From Planctomycetota bacterium (GTDB taxonomy: Bacteria; Planctomycetota; UBA1135; UBA2386): a stretch of DNA of 64,000 bases. Below, in pieces: positions 19,402 to 27,509 of this stretch. Made by a program: the position numbers and the translations under genes. The first letter of the stretch is position 1; the number at the start of each line of letters is the position of its first letter. The stretch spans positions 7,933,713 to 7,997,712 of the forward strand of contig OZ245006.1 in NCBI GenBank assembly GCA_965223545.1, read 5' to 3'. The notes below the pieces were generated by a model, which did not search any database, was not told where the DNA came from, and saw only the letters and a program-made list of their open reading frames with translations.

Positions 19402-19593
19402 GTGTCCGACCTGTTTCTCCCCGTGCTGGTGATGGCCGTCCCGGTCCTCGTAGTCGTGCTGGTGGCCCTGACGACGGGCCGCAAGCTGAGCGGCTCGTGT
19501 GGCGGTGTCGGGCCGGACGGAAGCTGCACGCGCTGCGGTCGACCCGCGGCGGAGATCCCTGCACCGCGGCAGCGCGGTGAGCGTTGTCCATAG
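19402..19593 (+). CDS. nqrM: Na+-NQR maturation factor NqrM (DUF539-like)
   Basis: 63 aa. One N-terminal TM helix (LFLPVLVMAVPVLVVVLVAL), then the Cys motif GSCGGVGPDGSCTRCG characteristic of NqrM. GTG start with GGAG 6 nt upstream. Immediately upstream of nqrA. Confidence 0.75.
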   Translation: MSDLFLPVLVMAVPVLVVVLVALTTGRKLSGSCGGVGPDGSCTRCGRPAAEIPAPRQRGERCP

Positions 19594-19697
19594 GCGAGCG
19601 GAGCCCGAATGGAGACCGTCCGAACCACCGAGGCCCGCGCCGCAACTCCGTAGACCGCCCAGGCGTTGCGCCGGCACCAGGAAACTCGAGCGTTTCG

Positions 19698-21047
19698 ATG
19701 AACACCCACACCATCCGCCGCGGCTTCGACATCAAGATCGCCGGGGCCGCCAGCCCCGAGGTCGAGAGCTGCCCCGAGCCCCCGGTGGCGGGCCTGCGGC
19801 CCGACGATTTCCTCGGCCTTCGCCCCAAGGTCTTGGTCAAGCCCGGACAGCGCGTGCGCACCGGGGAGCCCCTGCTGCGCGACAAGGGCCGGCCGGGCGT
19901 GGTCTACTGCTCGCCGGCGACCGGCGAGGTCGCCCGCATCGAGCTGGGTGCGCGGCGGTTTCCGCTGCGGATCGAGGTCACTGTCGGCGACGACGACTTC
20001 GCGCCGGTGCCGCGCATCGATCCGGACAAGATCGCCAGCGCGCCGCGCGACGAGCTGATCGCCGCGTTGCAGGGCGCGGGCCTGTGGCCGCTGTTGCGGC
20101 AGCGGCCGGTGGGCAAGATCGCCGACCCGGCGGCGCTGCCGGCGGCGATCTACGTCAACGGCCTCGACACCGAGCCACTGGCGTGCGACCCCGCGATCGC
20201 GGTGCGCGGTCGGGGTGAAGCGTTGCAGCTGGGGATCGATCTGCTGGCGCGGCTGACCGAGGGCAAGGTGTTCGTCACCCGGCGCGCCGGCGCACTCGCG
20301 CCGGAGCTGGCGGGATTGCGCAACGCCGAGGTGCACGATTTCGCGGGGCCGCACCCGGCGGGGTTGGTGGGCACGCACATCGCGATGATCGCGCCGCTCG
20401 GGGCCGGCCGCGTGGCCTGGTATCTCAAGGCGCAGGAAGCCGTCGCCATCGGCGAGTGGTTGGCGACCGGGCACTATCCGACGCACCGGGTGGTCGCCGT
20501 CGCCGGCTCGGCCGCGCCGCGCCGCAGCTACTGCCGGGTGCGCAACGGTGCGCTGTTGTCGGCCGTGATGGGCGGTGCGCCGCCGGCCGATGCGCGGGTC
20601 ATCGACGGCACCGTGCTGAGCGGAGTCAAGTCGGCGGCGGATGGCCTGCTCGGCTTCTACACGCACACCGTGACCGTCATCCCCAGCGGGGCCGACACCC
20701 GCGACTTGTTCGGCTGGGCGACGCCGCAGTTCGGCCGCCACAGCGCGTCGCGGTCGGTGTTCGGCTGGGTGGCGCCCAAGGACCAGTACGAGCTGGACGC
20801 CCGCATGAACGGCGGGCCGCGCAATATCGTCAACATCGGCGCGTGGGAAGACATGACCCCGCTCGACATTCACCCGACGTTCTTGGTGCGGGCGATCCAG
20901 GCCGGCGATCTCGAGGAGGCCCTCGGGCTCGGCTTGCTCGAGGTCACCGAGGAGGACGTCGCGCTCTGCACGTATGCCGACCCCTGCAAGATCGAGGTCG
21001 GTGACATCGTCCGCAAGGGGCTCGACTTGTTCGAGAAGGAAGGCTAG
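19698..21047 (+). CDS. nqrA: Na+-translocating NADH:quinone oxidoreductase subunit A
   Basis: 449 aa from the ATG at 19698 (MNTHTIRRGFDIKIAGA). Soluble subunit of typical NqrA size and N-terminus. First of six contiguous nqr genes. Confidence 0.9.
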   Translation: MNTHTIRRGFDIKIAGAASPEVESCPEPPVAGLRPDDFLGLRPKVLVKPGQRVRTGEPLLRDKGRPGVVYCSPATGEVARIELGARRFPLRIEVTVGDDDFAPVPRIDPDKIASAPRDELIAALQGAGLWPLLRQRPVGKIADPAALPAAIYVNGLDTEPLACDPAIAVRGRGEALQLGIDLLARLTEGKVFVTRRAGALAPELAGLRNAEVHDFAGPHPAGLVGTHIAMIAPLGAGRVAWYLKAQEAVAIGEWLATGHYPTHRVVAVAGSAAPRRSYCRVRNGALLSAVMGGAPPADARVIDGTVLSGVKSAADGLLGFYTHTVTVIPSGADTRDLFGWATPQFGRHSASRSVFGWVAPKDQYELDARMNGGPRNIVNIGAWEDMTPLDIHPTFLVRAIQAGDLEEALGLGLLEVTEEDVALCTYADPCKIEVGDIVRKGLDLFEKEG

Positions 21048-21054
21048 AGGCGCG

Positions 21055-22374
21055 ATGAAGCTGCTCCGCAACCTCGTCGACTCCGGGCGCAAGCTCTACC
21101 ACGCGCCGGACAGCAAGCTGCACAAGGCGTGGCCGCTGTTCGACGCCATGGAGACGTTCCTGTTCACGCCGTCCAACACGACGCCGGCGCGCGGTCCGCA
21201 CGTGCGTGACTACATCGATCTCAAGCGGACGATGTGGACGGTCATCATCGCGTTGGTGCCGTGCTTGCTGTGGTCGTTCTACAACACCGGCTACCAGCAC
21301 TTCGCCGCGCTGGCGGCGATGGCCGGCGATGGCGGCGCGTCGGCGTATCCCGAGCAGGTCGGCTGGCTGCAGTCGCTGCTGTTCGGCGCGGCCTACGCCC
21401 CGGATGTCGCCAACCCGGGGTTCGGCGACATCATCGCCTTCGGCTTCCAGCAGATGCTGCCGATCTTGTTCGTCAGCTACTTCGTCGGGCTGAACATTGA
21501 GGGCGCGTTCGCCGTCTGGCGTAAAGAAGAGATCAGCGAGGGCTATCTGGTCACCGGCATGCTGATCGCGCTGATCGTGCCGCCGTCGATCCCGCTGTGG
21601 CAGCTGGCGCTCGCCGTCGCGTTCTCGGTGATCCTGGTCAAGGAAGTGTTCGGCGGCACCGGCCACAACATCTTCAACGTCGCGCTGATGGCGCGCGCGT
21701 TCTTGTTCTTCGGCTACCCGGCGCAGATCAGCGGCGACTTCGTCTGGGTCGCGGGCAACGCCGAGCGTTCGCTGATCGACGGCTATGCCCACCCGACGCC
21801 GCTGGCGGCGGCGGCCAAGGCGCAGCTTTCGAGCAACCACCTGCCGAGCGAGGGGATCCCCGACCTCGCCGCCAGTGCTGCCGACGCGGTGCAGCACGCC
21901 GGCTACTCGTGGTGGGACCTGTTCTTCGGTCTGGTGCCCGGCAGCGCCGGCGAGACCAGCACGTTCTGTGCCCTGCTCGGGGCGGTGCTGCTGCTGGTCA
22001 CCGGTATCGGTTCGTGGCGCACGATGGCGGCCTGTGTGATCGGTGTCGTCGGCACGGCTTGGCTGATGAACATCGCCGCCGGCCACCTCGACGGCATCGG
22101 CGGCTTGCCCCCGCACTACCACCTGGTGATGGGGGGCTTCGCGTTCGGTGCGGTGTTCATGGCGACCGATCCGGTCTCCAGCCCGGAAACCAACCGCGGC
22201 AAGTGGATCTACGGCATCCTGATCGGAGTGCTGACCGTCCTGGTGCGGGCCGTCAATCCGGCCTACCCCGAGGGCGTGATGTTGGCGATCTTGTTGATGA
22301 ACGCCTTCGCCCCGACCATCGACCACTTCGTCGTCGCCGCCAACGTGCGGAGAAGGAAGGCCCGTCTTGGATAA
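21055..22374 (+). CDS. nqrB: Na+-NQR subunit B
   Basis: 439 aa from the ATG at 21055. Polytopic membrane protein with PGSAGETS and FMATDPVS motifs typical of NqrB/RnfD. Confidence 0.92.
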   Translation: MKLLRNLVDSGRKLYHAPDSKLHKAWPLFDAMETFLFTPSNTTPARGPHVRDYIDLKRTMWTVIIALVPCLLWSFYNTGYQHFAALAAMAGDGGASAYPEQVGWLQSLLFGAAYAPDVANPGFGDIIAFGFQQMLPILFVSYFVGLNIEGAFAVWRKEEISEGYLVTGMLIALIVPPSIPLWQLALAVAFSVILVKEVFGGTGHNIFNVALMARAFLFFGYPAQISGDFVWVAGNAERSLIDGYAHPTPLAAAAKAQLSSNHLPSEGIPDLAASAADAVQHAGYSWWDLFFGLVPGSAGETSTFCALLGAVLLLVTGIGSWRTMAACVIGVVGTAWLMNIAAGHLDGIGGLPPHYHLVMGGFAFGAVFMATDPVSSPETNRGKWIYGILIGVLTVLVRAVNPAYPEGVMLAILLMNAFAPTIDHFVVAANVRRRKARLG

Positions 22375-23173
22375 GAACAGCAACACCTACACGCTCGGCT
22401 TCGCCGCGGCGCTGTGCTTCGTGCTCGCCGTCTGCCTGGCGGCCACCTACAACGGGCTCAAGGCGCGGATGGACGAGAACGCCCGGCTGGACAAGCAGCG
22501 CAACGTGCTGCTCGCCATGGGGCTGGTCGACCCGGCTGCGCCGCTCTCGGGCGACGAGCTGGCGCGGCTCTACGAGGAGCGCGTCGAGCGTCAGGTGCTC
22601 GAGGTCAAGCGCGAGCAGGTCACCGAGGAGGTGATGCGCGGCGGCGAGCGCCTGCAGGAGAGCGTGCAGCGGGTCGTCGAGCTGGTGCCGGTCGAAGCCG
22701 AGGCCGACGCGCTCGACGCGATGGCGTCGACGTCGGCCAAGCTGCCCAAGGCGGAGCGCGAGCACGTCGAGCTGTTCCGCGGCCGCGACGATTCAGGCAA
22801 CACGATCTACTGCATTCCGATCGAGGGCTACGGCCTGTGGAGCACGCTCTACGGTTTCTTGGCCCTGGAGCAGGATCTCGACACCGTGCGCGGCATCACC
22901 TTCTACGCGCACAAGGAGACGCCGGGACTGGGCGGCGAGGTCGACAATCTCGCCTGGCAGCGCAGCTGGCGCGGCAAGAAGATCCTCGACGAGCGCGGCA
23001 ACCTGCGCTCGGTCACCGTCAAGAAGGGCGTCGTCGACGCCAACATCGCCGCCGAGCAGCGCCACATGGTCGATGGCCTGTCGGGTGCGACGATCACCAG
23101 CAACGGCGTGACGAACTTCGTCGCCGCCGACCTGCAGACCTACCAGCCGTACTTCAAGAAGCTCCGCTCGTGA
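22367..23173 (+). CDS. nqrC: Na+-NQR subunit C (FMN-binding)
   Basis: 268 aa. Single N-terminal TM and the covalent-FMN motif LSGATITS. TTG start with AGAAGGAAGG upstream. Overlaps the nqrB end by 8 nt. Confidence 0.92.
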   Translation: MDKNSNTYTLGFAAALCFVLAVCLAATYNGLKARMDENARLDKQRNVLLAMGLVDPAAPLSGDELARLYEERVERQVLEVKREQVTEEVMRGGERLQESVQRVVELVPVEAEADALDAMASTSAKLPKAEREHVELFRGRDDSGNTIYCIPIEGYGLWSTLYGFLALEQDLDTVRGITFYAHKETPGLGGEVDNLAWQRSWRGKKILDERGNLRSVTVKKGVVDANIAAEQRHMVDGLSGATITSNGVTNFVAADLQTYQPYFKKLRS

Positions 23174-23180
23174 GACGTCC

Positions 23181-23870
23181 ATGACAGCGACAGCCGAAGC
23201 CCCTCCGGTTACCGAATCACCGGCGCCAAAACCGCCGCTGTTCGGCAAACAGGAGAAGAGCGCGGTCCTCGACCCGCTGATGAACGACAACCCGATCGCC
23301 ACCCAGGTGCTGGGCATCTGCTCCGCGCTGGCGGTGACGGTCAAGTTGGAGACCGCCGTCGTGATGTCGGCGGCGGTGATCGCGGTGCTGTGCTCCAGCA
23401 ACGTGGTCATCTCGCTGCTGCGCGACCGAATTCCGAACAAGATCCGGATCATCGTCATGCTGACGGTGATCTCGAGCCTGGTGACGGTGGTCGACCTGAC
23501 CCTGCGGGCGTTCGCCTTCGACGTCTCGAAGCAGATGACGGTGTTTGTCAGCCTGATCGTCACCAACTGCATCGTGATGGGGCGGGCCGAGGCGTTCGCC
23601 ATGAGCAACCCGCCGTGGCGCGCCTTCCTCGACGGTTTGGGCAACGCGCTGGGCTATGCCTGGATCCTGCTGGCCGTGGCCGCCTGCCGCGAGCTGTTCG
23701 GCTCCGGCGCGCTCTACGGCCTGCGCGTGATCCCCGACAGCTGGTACGCGGCCAACGGCGGCTGGTACTTCAACAACGGTCTGCTGCTGCTGGCGCCGGG
23801 CGCGTTCATTCTGCTCGGCATCATCGTCTGGGTGCAGCGGGCGATCTCGGCCCGGCGGGAGGACTACTGA
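23181..23870 (+). CDS. nqrD: Na+-NQR subunit D
   Basis: 229 aa polytopic membrane protein ([29 protein letters not shown]), homologous to NqrD/RnfE. Confidence 0.92.
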   Translation: MTATAEAPPVTESPAPKPPLFGKQEKSAVLDPLMNDNPIATQVLGICSALAVTVKLETAVVMSAAVIAVLCSSNVVISLLRDRIPNKIRIIVMLTVISSLVTVVDLTLRAFAFDVSKQMTVFVSLIVTNCIVMGRAEAFAMSNPPWRAFLDGLGNALGYAWILLAVAACRELFGSGALYGLRVIPDSWYAANGGWYFNNGLLLLAPGAFILLGIIVWVQRAISARREDY

Positions 23871-24517
23871 TGATTGCACTGCTCGCGCAAGGCGGTGACC
23901 CCGGCAGCATCAGCGCGCTGATCAGCCTGGCCGTCAAAGCGATCTTCGTCGAGAACATCCTGCTCGCGTTCTTCCTCGGCATGTGCTCGTACCTGGCGGT
24001 GAGCAAGCGGGTCGAGACCGCGGTCGGGCTGGGCTTGGCCGTCATCTTCGTCGAGACCATCACCTGCCCGGTGAACTGGCTCATCCACGAGTACGTGCTG
24101 CGCGAGGGCGCGCTGGCGTGGGCGGGGCTGCCCGACACCGATCTGCGCTATCTGGGGCTGATCTTCTTCATCGCGGTGATCGCCGCGATGGTGCAGATCG
24201 TCGAGATGGCGATCGACAAGTTCAGCCCCAAGCTCTACATGGCGCTCGGCATCTTCCTGCCGCTGATCGCCGTCAACTGCGCCATCCTGGGCGCGTCGCT
24301 GTTCGTCGTCGAACGCAACTACACCCTGGTCGAGTCGACCGTCTTCGGTTTCGGCTCGGGCATCGGCTGGGCTCTGGCGATCATCTCGATGGCCGCCATT
24401 CGACAGAAGCTGCGGGTGGCGCACGTGCCCGGCCCGCTGCGCGGGCTCGGCATCACCTTCATCGTGACCGGTTTGATCGCGATGGCGTTCATGACCTTCG
24501 CGGGCATCCAGCTGTAA
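23870..24517 (+). CDS. nqrE: Na+-NQR subunit E
   Basis: 215 aa from an ATG overlapping the nqrD stop (TGATG). Motifs [20 protein letters not shown] and [11 protein letters not shown], typical of NqrE/RnfA. Confidence 0.92.
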   Translation: MIALLAQGGDPGSISALISLAVKAIFVENILLAFFLGMCSYLAVSKRVETAVGLGLAVIFVETITCPVNWLIHEYVLREGALAWAGLPDTDLRYLGLIFFIAVIAAMVQIVEMAIDKFSPKLYMALGIFLPLIAVNCAILGASLFVVERNYTLVESTVFGFGSGIGWALAIISMAAIRQKLRVAHVPGPLRGLGITFIVTGLIAMAFMTFAGIQL

Positions 24518-24520
24518 GCC

Positions 24521-25759
24521 ATGAGTTTTCTCGGCTCGATCCTGGTCGGCATCGCTTGCCTGACCGTCGTCATTCTCCTGCTGGTCTTGGTGCTGATGTT
24601 CGCCGAGAGCAAGCTGGTGCAGAAGGGCAAGGTCAAGATCGTCGTCAACGACGATCCGGACAGTTCGCTCGAGGTCAATGCCGGCGGCACCCTGTTGTCG
24701 GTGCTCAGTGGGCAAAAGGTGTTCCTGCCCTCGGCCTGCGGTGGTGGTGGCACCTGCGCGATGTGCAAGTGTCAGGTGACCGAGGGCGGTGGCGACATCC
24801 TGCCGACCGAGAAGACGCACATCTCTCGCTCCGAGGCCAAGGAGCACTGGCGGCTCGCCTGCCAGGTCAAGGTCAAGGAGGACATGAAGATCCGCGTCCC
24901 GGACGAGGTCTTCAGCATCAAGAAGTGGGAGTGTGAGGTCGTCTCCAACGAGAACGTCGCCACCTTCATCAAGGAGTTCGTGGTCAAGCTGCCGGAAGGG
25001 GAGTTCCTCAACTTCGAGTCCGGCGGCTACATCCAGATCGACGTTCCGGAGTACCGCGGCATCAAGTTCAAGGACTTCGCCATCGAGGAGCAGTTCCACG
25101 AGGACTGGGACCGCTTCAAGGTCTGGGACTACGTCGCCAACAACCCCGAGCCGTGCTTTCGCGCCTACTCGATGGCCAACCACCCGGCCGAGGGCAACAT
25201 CATCATGCTCAACATCCGCATTGCGACTCCACCGCCGCGGACGGAGGGCATCCCGCCGGGAATCTGCTCGAGCTACGTGTTCAGCCGCAAGCCGGGCGAC
25301 AAGGTCACCATCTCGGGCCCGTACGGCGAGTTCTTCATCCAGGAGACCGATCGGGAGATGGTCTACATCGGCGGTGGAGCGGGCATGGCCCCGCTGCGCA
25401 GCCACATCTTTCACCTGTTCCACACGCTGAAGACCGGCCGCAAGGTCAGCTACTGGTACGGAGCGCGCAGCAAGCGCGAGATCTTCTACGAGGACCATTT
25501 CCGCGCGATCGAGCAGGAGTTCCCCAACTTCTCGTTCCACATCGCCCTGTCGGATCCGCTGCCCGAAGACAACTGGGACGGCTACACGGGGTTCATCCAC
25601 CAAGTCGTGCGCGACAACCATCTCGATCAGCACGAGGATCTCGACGAGATCGAGTTCTACCTCTGCGGTCCGCCGATGATGCTGTCTGCGTGCCTGAAGA
25701 TGTTCGACGAGCTCGGCATCGAAGACGACATGGTGCGCTTCGACGACTTCGGCTCGTGA
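24521..25759 (+). CDS. nqrF: Na+-NQR subunit F (2Fe-2S / FAD / NADH)
   Basis: 412 aa. N-terminal TM, ferredoxin motif [17 protein letters not shown] motif RAYSMAN and NADH motif GGGAGMAP. Confidence 0.95.
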   Translation: MSFLGSILVGIACLTVVILLLVLVLMFAESKLVQKGKVKIVVNDDPDSSLEVNAGGTLLSVLSGQKVFLPSACGGGGTCAMCKCQVTEGGGDILPTEKTHISRSEAKEHWRLACQVKVKEDMKIRVPDEVFSIKKWECEVVSNENVATFIKEFVVKLPEGEFLNFESGGYIQIDVPEYRGIKFKDFAIEEQFHEDWDRFKVWDYVANNPEPCFRAYSMANHPAEGNIIMLNIRIATPPPRTEGIPPGICSSYVFSRKPGDKVTISGPYGEFFIQETDREMVYIGGGAGMAPLRSHIFHLFHTLKTGRKVSYWYGARSKREIFYEDHFRAIEQEFPNFSFHIALSDPLPEDNWDGYTGFIHQVVRDNHLDQHEDLDEIEFYLCGPPMMLSACLKMFDELGIEDDMVRFDDFGS

Positions 25760-25772
25760 GCCGCGGCCGGCG

Positions 25773-26789
25773 GTGCTGAACCGGCGGGCGCGCATCTGGG
25801 TCACGGCCGCGCTGGTGGCGGGGGCCGCCGTCTATCTGCTCGGGCTGCGCCCCGCCGTGCAGCAGATGCACGGCGGCACCATGGGCACCAGCTTCGCGGT
25901 CAAGTACGTCGCCACCGCGCCGCGGGACGATGTCGAGCAGGCGGTGCGCGAGACAGTGGCTTGGGTCGACGGCTTGTTCAGCACGTATCGTGAGGACAGT
26001 CCGCTGTCTCGCTTCAATGCGCATGCTTCCACGGCGCCGTTCGAGGTGCCCGAGGAGGTCGTCGACGTGTGCCGGCTCGCCCTGCGTGTCGCCGGCGCCA
26101 GCGACGGCGCGTTCGATCCGACGGTACGACCCTTGGTCACCGCGCTGGGCTTCGAGGATCGTGAAGTGCCGCCACCTTCGGCCGAAGAGCTCGCCACCGC
26201 GCGCGCGCGGGTCGGTTTCGCCAAGCTGCGCGTCGTCGACGACAGCCATCTCGCCAAGGCGATTCCGGAGCTCGAGATCGATCTGAACGCCGTCGCGAAA
26301 GGGTGGGCAGTGGATCGGGTGATCGATCGGCTGACGGAACTCGACATCGCCGCGTGTATGGTCGAAGTCGGCGGCGAGACCCGCTGCCGGGGCGAAAAAC
26401 CCGACGGCGTGCCGTGGCGGATCGGCATCGAGCAGCCGCCGTCGTCGTCGTCGCCTCCGGCCGGCCTGGCGGAGGTCGTCGAGGTGCGTGATTTCGCCGT
26501 CGCGACCAGCGGCGACTACCGCAACGTGCGCGCGGTCGGCGGCGAGCAGTTGCATCACATCTTGGATCCGCGCTCCGGGCGCAATGTGTCCACCAATGTG
26601 CTCAGCGTATCGGTGCGCGCCTCGACCTGCGCGTTGGCCGACGCCCTGGCGACCGCACTGATGCTGGTTGGCGTAGACGGGGCGACCGCGCTGTTAGCGG
26701 AATTCGACGATTCCGAGCTCGGGGTTTTGTTCCTGCTCCGCGGTGCCAATGGGGAGATTTCTCGCCACTTGGTGCGTTGGTCGTCTTAG
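25773..26789 (+). CDS. apbE: FAD:protein FMN transferase (flavin transferase ApbE)
   Basis: 338 aa. Motifs MGTSFAVKY, FDPTVRPLV, AVAKGWAVD and VATSGDYRN. Immediately after nqrF. Confidence 0.9.
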   Translation: MLNRRARIWVTAALVAGAAVYLLGLRPAVQQMHGGTMGTSFAVKYVATAPRDDVEQAVRETVAWVDGLFSTYREDSPLSRFNAHASTAPFEVPEEVVDVCRLALRVAGASDGAFDPTVRPLVTALGFEDREVPPPSAEELATARARVGFAKLRVVDDSHLAKAIPELEIDLNAVAKGWAVDRVIDRLTELDIAACMVEVGGETRCRGEKPDGVPWRIGIEQPPSSSSPPAGLAEVVEVRDFAVATSGDYRNVRAVGGEQLHHILDPRSGRNVSTNVLSVSVRASTCALADALATALMLVGVDGATALLAEFDDSELGVLFLLRGANGEISRHLVRWSS

Positions 26790-26812
26790 CTACGCGTCGG
26801 TATCCTCCAGCC

Positions 26813-26829
26813 CCTCGCTCTTTGCGAGG
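26813..26829 (+). terminator. Weak hairpin after apbE
   Basis: CCTCGC (26813-26818) / GCGAGG (24 nt after the stop, 26824-26829) with loop TCTTT. Only 6 bp and no clear T-tract. Confidence 0.25.
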
Positions 26830-26873
26830 AGCCAGTTTCACGGGAACCACAACTCCAAAAAGAAGCGCAAGCA

Positions 26874-27464
26874 ATGATGACACGTTGGACTCTGACCGCC
26901 GCGTTGGCGGCAATGACGCTCGCGGGCAGCGCTGCCGCCCAGCTCCAGGCCTTCGCCGGGACCTCCGACCGCAAGACCGCGCAGGTCTTCCTCTTCACCC
27001 AAGACGGCGGTTTCAACGTGCACGGGCTGGTGTCCGTGCACTACGGCCAGCCCGAGTGGAAGGACAGCTACGCCGAGCAGATCAAGGGCGCCGAGGCCGG
27101 TACCCGCGCGCGGCTCGGCAAGGACATCTGGACCACCCTCGACACCAGCTGCGCGCTGAAGGCGGGTGACACCACCATTCCCGCCGGCTTCTACTACCTG
27201 CTGGCGGAGATGGGCGCCGAGGGCAAGCTCAACCTCGTGCTGCTGGACCCCAAGGCGGCCACCGAGCAGAAGCTCAACCCGAGCACCTCGAACATGGCCG
27301 AGGGCGGCATCGTCGTGCCGCTGACGACCGACATGGAAGCCGAGCCACAGCAGAAGCTGACCATGGAGATCAAGACCGGCGACGACGCCAAGAACCTCTC
27401 CTTGGTCATCCACTGGGGGCCGGTGCAGGCCACCGCGAAGATGGTCGCCCAGGTCGATGCCTGA
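26874..27464 (+). CDS. Secreted DUF2911-like protein
   Basis: 196 aa. Signal MMTRWTLTAALAAMTLAGSAAAQ. Body (VSVHYGQPEWKD...IPAGFYYLLAEM...LVLLDP) resembles the DUF2911 family by eye. Confidence 0.55.
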   Translation: MMTRWTLTAALAAMTLAGSAAAQLQAFAGTSDRKTAQVFLFTQDGGFNVHGLVSVHYGQPEWKDSYAEQIKGAEAGTRARLGKDIWTTLDTSCALKAGDTTIPAGFYYLLAEMGAEGKLNLVLLDPKAATEQKLNPSTSNMAEGGIVVPLTTDMEAEPQQKLTMEIKTGDDAKNLSLVIHWGPVQATAKMVAQVDA

Positions 27465-27474
27465 GCGGCCGGCG

Positions 27475-27503
27475 CCGGGGCCGCGATCTCGTTCGCGGCC
27501 CGG
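27475..27503. terminator. GC-rich hairpin between convergent genes (possible bidirectional terminator)
   Basis: CCGGGGCCGCGA (27475-27486) pairs with TCGCGGCCCGG (27493-27503): 11 bp with one bulged G and a 6-nt loop. It sits in the 45-nt gap between the DUF2911 stop and the S9 peptidase stop. Confidence 0.4.
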
Positions 27504-27509
27504 CGCAGC

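Noticed and set aside
19332-25804. Series of long minus-strand ORFs (586, 480 and 646 aa) antisense to nqrA-nqrF
   Set aside because: The plus-strand Nqr subunits are unambiguous (FMN, 2Fe-2S and FAD motifs). The antisense translations are Arg/His/Asp-rich with no recognisable domains.
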